Shown here piece by piece: positions 47,782 to 56,546 of a DNA stretch of 64,000 nucleotides (position 1 is the first letter of the stretch; each line of letters opens with the position of its first letter). Where the stretch lies: assembly GCA_030916945.1 (NCBI GenBank), contig JAUPVS010000002.1, forward strand, positions 10,688-74,687, in the 5' to 3' direction. The translations under genes and the position numbers were made by a program. The stretch is from Patescibacteria group bacterium. Lineage in GTDB: Bacteria; Patescibacteriota; Saccharimonadia; Saccharimonadales; JAUPVS01. Under the pieces are notes generated by a model. The model was not told the origin of the DNA. It searched no databases and saw nothing but the letters and a program-made list of their open reading frames with translations.

Positions 47782-48631
47782 AGCTCAATGCCTCTTTGAT
47801 GTGGGCTACACTCTGTGCCGGCCGATAGTCGTCGAACCACATAACGTGCCAACCCAGTTTTTCGGCTGCCATCAGGTTGCTGCGGCTATCATCGACGAAG
47901 AGTATTTCATGGGGCGCCACGCCGGCCTTTTCTTGAGCGATCTGGTAGATTTTAGCTTCTGGCTTAATCGCTTTTACCTGCGAGGAATCAATAACAGAGT
48001 GATAGGGAAGGGTAGGCACCTTGCCAGCAGCCTGAAGAGCCTCAATAAATCCGGGCATGATATTAGTTAGCAAGCCAACCTCGTAGTGCTCGACAGCCCA
48101 GGGTAGAAAGGCCTCCATTTCGGTAATTGGCTCGACGGCATCCAGGTAGTACTTTTGCCAATCTAGGCTGGGTAGCTTGAGTCGCTTGGCATAGGCCTGA
48201 TTAAATTCTGCCAGCGACACTTCTCCCCGACAAACGGCATCGTTATAATGCCAGAAAGTGGTTTCTATCTGATCAACCGGTAGACCGGTTTCATGCGCCA
48301 AGCGCGAAAAGGCCTGGTGGAAAAAGCGCACCAGGCAACCGTTAACGTCAAAGTAGACAAAGCGTACACCCGATTTAGCCGTCTTTTTAACCGGTTTTGG
48401 CTTACTAGGTGCCCCTGTGCCAATTAATTCGTCTAAACTCAGCCCAACGGTGTCAGCGATGCTCTGAATGGTAAAGATTGACGGGGCCTTAATGGCACCA
48501 CGCTCAATCTTGGCCAATGTTGAGTAGGCCAAATGGGCCTTCTGGCACAGTTCCTGCTGCGTTAAGCCAGCCGCTTTGCGAGCAGCTTGCAAACGTAAAC
48601 CCAGACTTTTTTCGTCCACCCCATTACTCAT
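47774..48631 (-). CDS. XRE-family HTH regulator fused to HAD-like hydrolase domain
   Basis: N-terminal Cro/C1-type HTH (LGLRLQAARKAAGLTQQELCQKAHLAYSTLAKIERG). A C-terminal ~200 aa carries HAD motifs (FDVNGCLV motif I-like; FVDDSRSNLMAAEKLGW motif IV). Confidence 0.65.
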   Translation of the reverse strand: MSNGVDEKSLGLRLQAARKAAGLTQQELCQKAHLAYSTLAKIERGAIKAPSIFTIQSIADTVGLSLDELIGTGAPSKPKPVKKTAKSGVRFVYFDVNGCLVRFFHQAFSRLAHETGLPVDQIETTFWHYNDAVCRGEVSLAEFNQAYAKRLKLPSLDWQKYYLDAVEPITEMEAFLPWAVEHYEVGLLTNIMPGFIEALQAAGKVPTLPYHSVIDSSQVKAIKPEAKIYQIAQEKAGVAPHEILFVDDSRSNLMAAEKLGWHVMWFDDYRPAQSVAHIKEALSFN

Positions 48632-48697
48632 ATACCCATATCATATCAGTTATCGGGTGGTTGTGGCGAATAAAATTGGTATTAAACGGCTAGTTTA

Positions 48698-48865
48698 GCT
48701 AGGCAGGAGTGATCCAAGCAAAAAGAAGACCACTAAGAACACTAGTAGGGCGACAATTCCGGCAGCAGTTAGTGAAGAACGGACATTATTGCCCGAGGTA
48801 CGCATCAGATGCATGTAAATCCAGCCACCAATACCAGCCGCCAGCATAAATGAGATCAAAAACAT
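48698..48865 (-). CDS. possible small two-TM membrane protein (55 aa, below ORF-track cutoff)
   Basis: Hand-translated: MFLISFMLAAGIGGWIYMHLMRTSGNNVRSSLTAAGIVALLVFLVVFFLLGSLLPS. GGAG about 12 nt upstream of the ATG. Lies in an otherwise empty 250-nt gap. Confidence 0.2.
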
Positions 48866-48880
48866 GTCTTTATTATACTC

Positions 48881-49273
48881 CTAGAGTGCCAGCTTTTGGG
48901 CCAGCTCGGCCATCTTGGCTTCATCTGGTGGACTGCTCTCGTCAGCAGCCTGGCGATATTCTTCGATGGTATCGAAAGCAACAACATGAACATGAACATG
49001 CGGCACATCCAAGCCAACAATCTGCAGACCAACCCGTTTGGTCTGTAAGCGTTGTTTCATGTGTTGGGCCATCATTTTGACGGTTTTCATGAGTGCTTGG
49101 TAGTCGCCGTCGGCCAGATCTTGAAATTCATCGACCTGAGTCTTTGCTATAACCAGTAAATGGCCCTTGGCGATTGGGTGCAAGGGGACGATGACCAAGG
49201 TTTTATCATCTTCAAAAATTTTGTGGGCGGGCAATTCGCCCTTGATAATCTTGGTAAATACGCTGTCTGACAT
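48881..49273 (-). CDS. HIT-family (histidine triad) nucleotide hydrolase
   Basis: HVHVHVV histidine triad motif. ~130-aa HINT-like size. Confidence 0.8.
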   Translation of the reverse strand: MSDSVFTKIIKGELPAHKIFEDDKTLVIVPLHPIAKGHLLVIAKTQVDEFQDLADGDYQALMKTVKMMAQHMKQRLQTKRVGLQIVGLDVPHVHVHVVAFDTIEEYRQAADESSPPDEAKMAELAQKLAL

Positions 49274-49297
49274 GCTTACAGCATACCATTTTGTCAG

Positions 49298-50041
49298 TTA
49301 GCGAACGGGGTTTGGCGGAACAAACAGGTCTTTAGCCACAAAGTCCCGCACAAAATCGGCTTGCTGGCCAGCAATGCGCTCGGCGCCACTAAACGATATG
49401 GCACCTTTTAAGGCAATCCTGTCTAAGCGGTTAAGCGCAGCTAGCAACCCAAACTGGTGTTCCGGCAATTCAACTGGGTACATCCACATTTTATTAACTT
49501 GCGCTGTTGCAGCGTCGATTGACCCGGCAATCTTCTCTTGTATTTCTGTTTCTACCTCATCCGCAACATTGGCCGACTCGACCAAAATCGCCTTTACGGT
49601 GCTGTGCGTCAATAGGGCCCCCATAATATGCACTTTTAAATCGTGCCTAAAATCTTGTTCGCCCCACTCGGTGACTATCAACTCACCGACAGCCACATGA
49701 GTGAAGTATGTCGGAAGGGTTGTTCTTTCGGTATCGTCCAAGTGAACCGGTCGCAAACCGCCGAATTCATCTTCACCGGCCACATATCTAAGGCTCGTAA
49801 AAGCTTGTGTAAAGCGATCAAAGCCAACTTGGTTATAAAAGGGAATATGATCAACAGTGCCAAGGGCTTTAAGCGTGTATCTACTGTCTCCCATCGAACG
49901 GCCGGCCGAAGCCTGTAACGTCACATAAGCACTCTGCATATCGGCTTGCTGTTCAGGGGTAAATTCAGCAAAACGCTCCAAGCTGACTTGGTGGGGGTTT
50001 GGCATTAATGCCACGCCGTCGCGCGCTGCAACCTCTATCAT
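49298..50041 (-). CDS. hypothetical protein
   Basis: 247 aa, soluble, no motif recognised. Co-oriented with and 24 nt upstream of the HIT gene. Confidence 0.45.
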   Translation of the reverse strand: MIEVAARDGVALMPNPHQVSLERFAEFTPEQQADMQSAYVTLQASAGRSMGDSRYTLKALGTVDHIPFYNQVGFDRFTQAFTSLRYVAGEDEFGGLRPVHLDDTERTTLPTYFTHVAVGELIVTEWGEQDFRHDLKVHIMGALLTHSTVKAILVESANVADEVETEIQEKIAGSIDAATAQVNKMWMYPVELPEHQFGLLAALNRLDRIALKGAISFSGAERIAGQQADFVRDFVAKDLFVPPNPVR

Positions 50042-50083
50042 AAGAGGCTATTTTACAATAAGTTACTACTAAAGTCAATGTGA

Positions 50084-50173
50084 TGGCGGAAGGGGAGGGA
50101 TTCGAACCCTCGGTACCATTGCTGGCACACTTGTTTTCGAGACAAGCCAGTTCAACCACTCCTGCACCCTTCC
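50084..50173 (-). tRNA. tRNA-Ser (anticodon CGA), class II with long variable arm, CCA encoded
   Basis: Reverse complement folds as GGAAGGG acceptor, 3-bp D stem, anticodon stem CTTGT/ACAAG with loop CTCGAAA, an 18-nt variable arm, and T arm GAGGG-TTCGAAT-CCCTC, ending CCA. Confidence 0.8.
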
Positions 50174-50252
50174 GTACCGCTATTTTAACAGATAAGCCCC
50201 TCTAGCGTTAAATAACATTCTGTGATAGGATTACCTCTGTTGCACACAATTT

Positions 50253-50329
50253 GTACCCGTAGCTCAGCTGGATAGAGCGTCGGCTTGCGGAGCCGAAGGT
50301 CGTAGGTTCGAATCCTGTCGGGTACACCA
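50253..50329 (+). tRNA. tRNA-Arg (anticodon read as GCG; unusual, verify)
   Basis: GTACCCG acceptor pairs with CGGGTAC. The D arm GCTC-AGCTGGATA-GAGC is almost identical to E. coli tRNA-Arg. Anticodon stem TCGGC/GCCGA with loop TTGCGGA. T loop TTCGAAT. Discriminator A and CCA. Confidence 0.7.
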
Positions 50330-50394
50330 ATAAAAACGTCTCACACTAGTGGGGCTTTTTTATTGGCCCACGGGCTTAGTGGTATGCTCTACAT

Positions 50395-51561
50395 ATGTTA
50401 ATCAGTAGAATTCAACGGCGTTTGCTGCCCTTATATTTGGCCAGCTTTTCGCAAGGCTTAATTTTTTGGTACGCGATTGACAAGGTATTCATGGTAGACA
50501 TTGGCTTTACGGCAGCAACAATCGCTGTAGCTTCAATCGTCCTGAGCCTTACGGGGCTACTAACCGAAATTCCGTTCGGTATTTTGGCCGATCGCTGGAG
50601 CAGGCGAGGGGTACTTATAATCTCCAGTGTTGTGCTAGGCTTAGCTTCTTTGTTGCTAGGGCTATCGGACAGCGTAGTGGGGTATACGCTGGTTAGCATT
50701 CTTGTAGGTCTGCATTATTCGCTCAGTTCCGGCACATACGACTCGATTGTTTACGATACACTGCTTGAAGATAACGGTAGTCGTGAAGGCTACGAAAAGT
50801 ACTACGGTTTTGTAACCTTATCAACCGGGGCTGGCATGGTTGTTAGTTCACTGCTAGGCGGTGTGGCGGCCAACACTTTTGGATTGGCAGCCCCTTATTT
50901 TATGAGCATACCCGGCGCAGCAGCCGCCGTTATGTTTTTGCTGCTATTTCGGGAGCCTCAGTTACATAAAAACAACTCGGATAATCACATACTGGCTCAC
51001 ATTAAAGATACATTTAAAATTTTCCTTAAGAAGGGTGAATTTAGCCTGTTAATTAGTACAGTAGTCCTGATTAGTGTGGTTCTGGAATTCTTTTTGCAAG
51101 TTGACCAATTATGGCCGCTTGCACTTGCTTTACCTTTGGTTTTGTACGGTCCTCTGAACGCCTTGCTACTACTTGCCTACGGATTAGCAGCGCCATTCGC
51201 CGCTAAATTAGCCAAAAGCAGGACATTGCTGGTGCTAAGTTGCGTCTTGGTTATACTTTTCGTTTCCTTGCTTACTATCTCGAATTTAAAGCTCGTGGTT
51301 ATCGCACAGGCGGGCGCCACGGCAATATTATCGGCGCTTGTCGTTCTGCTGAGCGGCAGACTCCATGATAATTTGCCCTCGCATTTACGTAGTGGCGGCT
51401 CTTCGGCTGTCAGCACCTTGAGAACACTTGTATACGTTCCTCTAGTTTTTGCATTCGGCCTGATTACCACTAAATATTCGGTGTTCGTGGCTGCCTATAT
51501 GCTGATACCGCTAATCATCATAGGGGTCCTGGGAACGCTAAAAGCGAATGCGGTGCATTAG
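50395..51561 (+). CDS. MFS transporter
   Basis: 388 aa, ~12 predicted TM helices, with the GILADRWSRRG motif between TM2 and TM3 typical of the major facilitator superfamily. Confidence 0.75.
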   Translation: MLISRIQRRLLPLYLASFSQGLIFWYAIDKVFMVDIGFTAATIAVASIVLSLTGLLTEIPFGILADRWSRRGVLIISSVVLGLASLLLGLSDSVVGYTLVSILVGLHYSLSSGTYDSIVYDTLLEDNGSREGYEKYYGFVTLSTGAGMVVSSLLGGVAANTFGLAAPYFMSIPGAAAAVMFLLLFREPQLHKNNSDNHILAHIKDTFKIFLKKGEFSLLISTVVLISVVLEFFLQVDQLWPLALALPLVLYGPLNALLLLAYGLAAPFAAKLAKSRTLLVLSCVLVILFVSLLTISNLKLVVIAQAGATAILSALVVLLSGRLHDNLPSHLRSGGSSAVSTLRTLVYVPLVFAFGLITTKYSVFVAAYMLIPLIIIGVLGTLKANAVH

Positions 51562-52164
51562 GCGGTCGATGGCATCTTTTTTGCCTTCTTCGAAGGGTAG
51601 GTAGGCACTGAGTACAGTTAAGACATGTTCCTCGTCTCTTGGATCGTAGTACATGCTGATAGCCGGCATAAAGCGTTTCATTGGTACTAGGCTAATCGAA
51701 TTAAAAACACCCTCGTCGATCAGGGCGAACGACTTAAAGTCGTTGTAGGGGTAAGTCTTGGATCCTATGTGGACACCTTCGCCATCGGCCTGATACTGCA
51801 AGGTTCGTGGCTTACGACCAGAGTAAATACCAAAGGCCAACAGAATAATTGCCACTAGGACCGATGAAAAAATTTCTCTGGTAATAAAATACACCAGCGC
51901 CACACCGACAACACTACATAGTGCCCAGGCGATGTACCAGCCGCTGTTTTTTTGGTGCAACACAAACTCCGAGGCCGTCCAGCTGACCGATAACTCTTTG
52001 GTCTTATCGGCTACTGGCTCGGCGGCCGGTGCGGGTGTAGGTGCGGATCCAGCAAGAGCATTGTATTCGGCAGTTTGTTCGGCGGATGGAGCTGCTGTGT
52101 TGTCGCCTGGCTTAAATTCCCAGCCCGGCTCAGGAGTATTTTGATTTACGGCGTCGGGATGCAT
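51538..52164 (-). CDS. hypothetical membrane protein
   Basis: The ORF as tracked (to 52314) would overlap tRNA-Ser, so the start is moved to the internal Met (MHPDAVNQ). Acidic Pro/Ala-rich N-terminus, two TM helices, then a C-terminal domain. Confidence 0.4.
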   Translation of the reverse strand: MHPDAVNQNTPEPGWEFKPGDNTAAPSAEQTAEYNALAGSAPTPAPAAEPVADKTKELSVSWTASEFVLHQKNSGWYIAWALCSVVGVALVYFITREIFSSVLVAIILLAFGIYSGRKPRTLQYQADGEGVHIGSKTYPYNDFKSFALIDEGVFNSISLVPMKRFMPAISMYYDPRDEEHVLTVLSAYLPFEEGKKDAIDRLMHRIRF

Positions 52165-52257
52165 AAGCGTATTGTATTCGTCTGCCACTGTAAAAGCAAC
52201 GCTCTCTCTGATATAATCTCCCTGTTCAGCCTGTGTAAAACCACAATGTTCATGTAC

Positions 52258-52350
52258 GGAGGAGTACCCAAGTGGCTGAAGGGGACGGTTTGCTAAATCG
52301 TTAGTGGGGCGCAAGTTCCAGCGAGGGTTCGAATCCCTCCTCCTCCGCCA
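52258..52350 (+). tRNA. tRNA-Ser (anticodon GCT), class II, CCA encoded
   Basis: GGAGGAG acceptor pairs with CTCCTCC. Anticodon loop TTGCTAA. Long variable arm. T arm GAGGG-TTCGAAT-CCCTC. Confidence 0.8.
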
Positions 52351-52355
52351 ATTTT

Positions 52356-52457
<102 letters not shown>

Positions 52458-52485
52458 ATAGTCGTACTTGTTGGTACGGCTCTTT

Positions 52486-53163
52486 TTATGCCTTCTGGGC
52501 AAATGTCACGGCTCTAACCTCTGCCGCGCCAGCCTTAATAAGTACCTGGGCGGCTGTTTCAATGGTTGCGCCAGTGGTCAACACATCGTCAACCAATAGG
52601 ATTGACTTGCCCTGTACCCTGTGCGGCCACGGACAGTAATAGGCATTCTGTAACTGCTTCAACCGTTCCTGCCTGTTGGCTCCAACCTGCCGGGTCTTAC
52701 CTAGTCGTCTTAATAGCGGCTGATAGGGGAGGGTTCTGGCGCGAGCGAACTCGCGGGCAATTAGCTGGGCCTGATCATAACCACGCTGGCGCACCCGGGC
52801 AGTGGCCGTGGGCACATGAACAACCACCCCGGCCAAACTAGAAGATAGGCGTCTGTCCATAATAAGGGCGGCGATATGGGCGGCGGCTTGGGTACGTGAG
52901 AACTTAAGGCGGCCGATCAGTTGCACTGCTAGGCCACTATAAGCCGTGGCGACATCTACGGTTGTGAGATTCTTCGAAGCCAAGCATGTCGTGCAAACCA
53001 CGCCTAGCGTTGCATTTCGGCAGACGTAACAGACACCGGACAGGGGAGGGACGCAGTTATACTGGCAGACCTTACACAATAACGAGCCCTCCAAGCCACA
53101 TCCCAAGCAGTCGAACGGGGCAAATAACTGTAAAATTTGATCGACTTTCCACATACTCACCAT
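52486..53163 (-). CDS. comFC: ComF-family protein (ComFC-type phosphoribosyltransferase with N-terminal Cys4 zinc finger)
   Basis: N-terminal CxxC...CxxC pairs and the C-terminal PRTase motif ILLVDDVLTTGATI. Confidence 0.8.
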   Translation of the reverse strand: MVSMWKVDQILQLFAPFDCLGCGLEGSLLCKVCQYNCVPPLSGVCYVCRNATLGVVCTTCLASKNLTTVDVATAYSGLAVQLIGRLKFSRTQAAAHIAALIMDRRLSSSLAGVVVHVPTATARVRQRGYDQAQLIAREFARARTLPYQPLLRRLGKTRQVGANRQERLKQLQNAYYCPWPHRVQGKSILLVDDVLTTGATIETAAQVLIKAGAAEVRAVTFAQKA

Positions 53164-53337
53164 GCTACAAGAGCACTATTAAAGGGTTCTTAACAGGGGC
53201 TAATAAAACTGTTGTGATTATTGTGTTGTAAATATGTGCCCCTAGACGTTGCCTGCTAACTATTGTCTAAGTTATACTGACAGGAAAGACAAAAATCTCG
53301 AAAAATTATTAATGATGTACGTGGAGGGTAACACACG

Positions 53338-53820
53338 ATGGCGCGACGAAACCGCGATGACGATTTATTGATGGAAGATGAGTTGACCGCCGCCTTCCTA
53401 GGTGATGATGACCTACCAACTAGCGACGCTCCGGCCGACGCGCCTGCAGCAGCCCAACCGGCTGCCAACGACGAATGGGACGAAGACGAAGCTGTACCAG
53501 GCCAATTGGCCGTTGATGTTTACGAAACTACCGAGAAGCTAGTTGTTAAAGCCCGCACCGCTGGCGTTAACAAGAATGAGCTCGATGTTAGTATTGCCGA
53601 CAATACACTTAGCATTCGTGGCACGCTATCTGCCGGAAACGAAGAAGAGGTAGAAAACTACTTCGTGCAGGAATGTTACTGGGGCGAGTTCTCACGCAGC
53701 ATTGCCTTACCGGTACCGGTTAAAGAAGACGAAGTCGAAGCCCTCCTTAAAGACGGCGTTTTGACCATTAGCTTCCGTAAGCTCAAGCAAGACACTGTTA
53801 AGAAGATCCAAGTCCTGTAG
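53338..53820 (+). CDS. Hsp20/alpha-crystallin family small heat-shock protein
   Basis: Alpha-crystallin domain (LAVDVYETTEKLVVKARTAGVNKNELDVSIADNTLSIRG...). Acidic N-terminal arm. Confidence 0.85.
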   Translation: MARRNRDDDLLMEDELTAAFLGDDDLPTSDAPADAPAAAQPAANDEWDEDEAVPGQLAVDVYETTEKLVVKARTAGVNKNELDVSIADNTLSIRGTLSAGNEEEVENYFVQECYWGEFSRSIALPVPVKEDEVEALLKDGVLTISFRKLKQDTVKKIQVL

Positions 53821-53840
53821 AAAAACTACTAGGCATTAAA

Positions 53841-53867
53841 AAACCGCCCCGAGAGGCGGTTTTTTTG
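53841..53867. terminator. bidirectional rho-independent terminator between convergent hsp20 and pilin genes
   Basis: aaaaaCCGCCCCgagaGGCGGttttttt. GC stem with A-tract and T-tract on either side, so it can terminate both strands. Confidence 0.6.
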
Positions 53868-53883
53868 TTATCAGGAGCAACCA

Positions 53884-54303
53884 CTAAGTTGTTGCGTTCG
53901 ATACCTTGGAAAGAACGAACTTGACGATGAACTGCGACAGCGCAACCACTACAAGCCCGACTACTGCGAACAGAATTGTGTTCTTGGCAGACTGAACGTT
54001 ACCCGAGTCACCACCAGAGATGATGTATCGGAAACCACCAACGATGATCATAATCACAGCGGCTACACCGACTATGATAGAGAACGTGTTGATCACAAAT
54101 GTGATGGTGTTATTCACCGTACCCTGGGCTTCTTCGGCTGTAACGTCACAGCTACCGTCCGATGAGGCGTTAAGGTTGGCACCAGAACAAAGACCTTGTT
54201 CAATTTCGTCGGCAGCATAGACCGCGGCAGGCACCATAAGTGGAGCTGCAAACAGGCTTACTGAAACAAAAGCGACTATCGCAAGTTTAATTTTTTTGAT
54301 CAT
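53884..54303 (-). CDS. VirB2/TrbC-like T4SS pilin-family protein, paralog 1
   Basis: Signal peptide (cleavage near AVYA), a variable region, then a conserved two-TM module: INTFSIIVGVAAVIMIIVGGFRYIISGGDSGNVQSAKNTILFAVVGLVVVALSQFIV. Same topology and GG...Ax loop as VirB2/TrbC pilins. RBS AAAGGTA. Confidence 0.55.
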   Translation of the reverse strand: MIKKIKLAIVAFVSVSLFAAPLMVPAAVYAADEIEQGLCSGANLNASSDGSCDVTAEEAQGTVNNTITFVINTFSIIVGVAAVIMIIVGGFRYIISGGDSGNVQSAKNTILFAVVGLVVVALSQFIVKFVLSKVSNATT

Positions 54304-54378
54304 GAATTCTTTTTACCTTTCTTTATAACTGTTTTGGTTATATCACATCTCTGTTGTGTTGAGCAAGTCCAAATACCG

Positions 54379-54762
54379 CTAAAGCTTTGGATTTGTCAGC
54401 ACAAAGTTAACAATTAACTGGGCCAGCATAGCTACGACCAAGCCAATCACCGAGTATAAAATAGTGTCCCGAGCGCTGGCAATTTTGGCCGGCTCGCCAC
54501 CGGCGGTAATAAACTTAAAGCCAGCGATCATCAACATCACGACGGCCGCAAATCCAATTAGATAGCTCAGAATGCTTATAGCCGCTTGTAAGGTGCTTTG
54601 GACAGTTGGGCCGTCGGCCGGCGGTTTACAGTCGCTTGTGCCACCAGTTAATCCAATACCGGCACATACCGAGTCTTTAGCAGTTGCGGCCGACACAACA
54701 GCCGGGCTGGCAACCATAACCAAACTCAGTGCTATGAGGGTTAAGGTTAATAATTTCTTCAT
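54379..54762 (-). CDS. VirB2/TrbC-like T4SS pilin-family protein, paralog 2
   Basis: Start moved to MKKLLTLTL (RBS AAAGGAAAG). Signal peptide, then ISILSYLIGFAAVVMLMIAGFKFITAGGEPAKIASARDTILYSVIGLVVAMLAQLIV. Confidence 0.55.
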   Translation of the reverse strand: MKKLLTLTLIALSLVMVASPAVVSAATAKDSVCAGIGLTGGTSDCKPPADGPTVQSTLQAAISILSYLIGFAAVVMLMIAGFKFITAGGEPAKIASARDTILYSVIGLVVAMLAQLIVNFVLTNPKL

Positions 54763-54786
54763 ATGGGCTTTCCTTTTTAAGTTCAT

Positions 54787-55173
54787 TTATACTTGTCTAA
54801 CAACAAATCCGGCTATTACCTGCGCCAGTACTACAATAACAATTCCAATAACCGCAAAAATCAGACTGTTTTTAGCTTTGCTCAAGGCGGCCGGCTCCCC
54901 TTGGGAAGTTATAAAGCTAAAGCCAGCCACCATAATAACAATTACTGACGCAACGCCAACCAAGATACTTAGTAAGTCGATGGCTCGTCCAATAATACCG
55001 CCAGGACCAGTCAGCGGGTCATCGGTCTGGTTAGTAGTACAGACACTTGAGGCATCGGCGCCAGTAGCGTTACAGGCATCTTGCGTCAGATTCTCGGCGT
55101 AAACCGGTGTTAGTGCAGTTAGCACCAAGACTGACATAACGATAGCTAGCACAACTGTAAGATATCTACGCAT
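54787..55173 (-). CDS. VirB2/TrbC-like T4SS pilin-family protein, paralog 3
   Basis: Signal peptide (MRRYLTVVLAIVMSVLVLTALTPVYA), then IDLLSILVGVASVIVIMVAGFSFITSQGEPAALSKAKNSLIFAVIGIVIVVLAQVI. Abuts paralog 2. Confidence 0.55.
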   Translation of the reverse strand: MRRYLTVVLAIVMSVLVLTALTPVYAENLTQDACNATGADASSVCTTNQTDDPLTGPGGIIGRAIDLLSILVGVASVIVIMVAGFSFITSQGEPAALSKAKNSLIFAVIGIVIVVLAQVIAGFVVRQV

Positions 55174-55472
55174 TATTTGGTTATCTCCGTGACCACAAAA
55201 GCGACAATGGCATAAGACAGTAGGGAAATGACCAAACCAATTACCGCGTACATAATTGTGTCTTTGGCCTTAGCGACACGTTGCGGGTCACCTTGCGAAA
55301 TAACGTACTGAAAGCCACCGATCACAATCATTAAAACAGAGATCGCCCCCAGCGCCGCGAACACCACACTCATAATAACTGGGATGGCATCATCGCTAGT
55401 CGTCCCTCCCGGCCCGTTGGGTAAAGGGGAAAGATCGATTTCGGCGGCGATTTGGCGTAGGTGTTGCAACAT
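55173..55472 (-). CDS. VirB2/TrbC-like T4SS pilin-family protein, paralog 4 (short, no obvious signal peptide)
   Basis: 99 aa. IMSVVFAALGAISVLMIVIGGFQYVISQGDPQRVAKAKDTIMYAVIGLVISLLSYAIV. TAATG overlap with paralog 3. Confidence 0.5.
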   Translation of the reverse strand: MLQHLRQIAAEIDLSPLPNGPGGTTSDDAIPVIMSVVFAALGAISVLMIVIGGFQYVISQGDPQRVAKAKDTIMYAVIGLVISLLSYAIVAFVVTEITK

Positions 55473-55484
55473 ACTTTCTCCAGT

Positions 55485-55886
55485 TTACAATCGATTACCA
55501 ATAAATGACACTATCTGGGTAGCCATCATAACAATCACCAAACCAATGATTGCGCCGATAATTGTCTCTTTAGCCTGCTTTGTACGATCGGGTTCGCCTT
55601 GGCTGGTCATATACAGAAAACCACCATAAATTACATAAATAACAGCGGCGATGCCACCGACTCGCAATAGAATATCGATAATACCCAACATGATAGCCCA
55701 GACATCAGATGGGTTTTGAGCAAAGTCAATATTAACCTTGCAGACCGAAACCCCATCCTTGTTGACCGTCTCCATATTGAGATACTTGTACCAAACCGGT
55801 AGACCAAAAAAGGTTTTGGCCTTGTCGGCGGCACAGTCGAGGGCCGGTTGCTCGGCGGCAAAGCGGGTTAATGTGCTTAATAACAT
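55485..55886 (-). CDS. VirB2/TrbC-like T4SS pilin-family protein, paralog 5 (no obvious signal peptide)
   Basis: 133 aa. IMLGIIDILLRVGGIAAVIYVIYGGFLYMTSQGEPDRTKQAKETIIGAIIGLVIVMMATQIV. Confidence 0.5.
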   Translation of the reverse strand: MLLSTLTRFAAEQPALDCAADKAKTFFGLPVWYKYLNMETVNKDGVSVCKVNIDFAQNPSDVWAIMLGIIDILLRVGGIAAVIYVIYGGFLYMTSQGEPDRTKQAKETIIGAIIGLVIVMMATQIVSFIGNRL

Positions 55887-56546
55887 TTAAAGACCTCCTG
55901 GAACAATCCATTGTAAGAAACCGTATAGGAACATATAGGCAACCAGAGCAAAAATCGCATTACGGATTCGGTTCTTGGCCTTGCCAATCCGCTGCGGGTC
56001 GCCACCGGCGGTGGTGTACTGGATTCCAGCGATAATAATAACAATAATCACAATCAGGCCAATGCTACCGGACAAGATATTGATGGCTACGTTGACGTTC
56101 TCGATGATACAGTTGTCGCTACTGGTAACCTCCTTGCCGTTACACTGAGTACCGTTAAAGCTGGGGTCGGCTTGAATATCCTCTTTGTTGCTAAACGGCA
56201 GGTTAGTTTTAACAGGGTTGCCGGCTTTACCGTCGGTTGGCTGCAAAATTCCTCGTTTAGGGTCTGGCGGGCTGTCGCAGCCAACTTTAACGGGTGGGCT
56301 TGGCCCAAAGCCGGTTGCCCAACTGTAATAGCAACCGTCAGCGGCCGGGTCGAGGCTCGGGTATACGGTTTTTAAGACTTCGCAGTCTATCTTGGCAAAG
56401 CCCGGAGAAGACGGGGCATAACTATAACAACCAGGATCATTGGCAGCCAAAGCTGTACCTTGTAGCCCAAATAACATGCCAGCCATAAATAGAACAGCCA
56501 TAATAAACTTGCTGGTATTGGTTTTTAGGTTGGGTAGTTTCTTCAT
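55887..56546 (-). CDS. VirB2/TrbC-like T4SS pilin-family protein, paralog 6 (long form with Cys-rich extracellular region)
   Basis: 219 aa. Signal peptide, a ~110-aa Cys/Pro/Gly-rich region, then INILSGSIGLIVIIVIIIAGIQYTTAGGDPQRIGKAKNRIRNAIFALVAYMFLYGFL. Confidence 0.5.
   Translation of the reverse strand: MKKLPNLKTNTSKFIMAVLFMAGMLFGLQGTALAANDPGCYSYAPSSPGFAKIDCEVLKTVYPSLDPAADGCYYSWATGFGPSPPVKVGCDSPPDPKRGILQPTDGKAGNPVKTNLPFSNKEDIQADPSFNGTQCNGKEVTSSDNCIIENVNVAINILSGSIGLIVIIVIIIAGIQYTTAGGDPQRIGKAKNRIRNAIFALVAYMFLYGFLQWIVPGGL

Noticed and set aside
50330-50394. intrinsic terminator after tRNA-Arg
   Set aside because: It contains only an 8-nt palindrome (cactagtg) followed by gggcttttttatt. The stem is too short to call a hairpin terminator with confidence.
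53221-53280. sigma70 promoter for hsp20 (TTGCCT...TATACT)
   Set aside because: Spacing between the candidate boxes is 18-19 nt and the -35 is weak. Not supported well enough to list as a feature.
54572-55102. 176-aa plus-strand ORF across pilin paralogs 2-3
   Set aside because: Antisense to two strongly supported minus-strand genes and crosses their boundary. No RBS.
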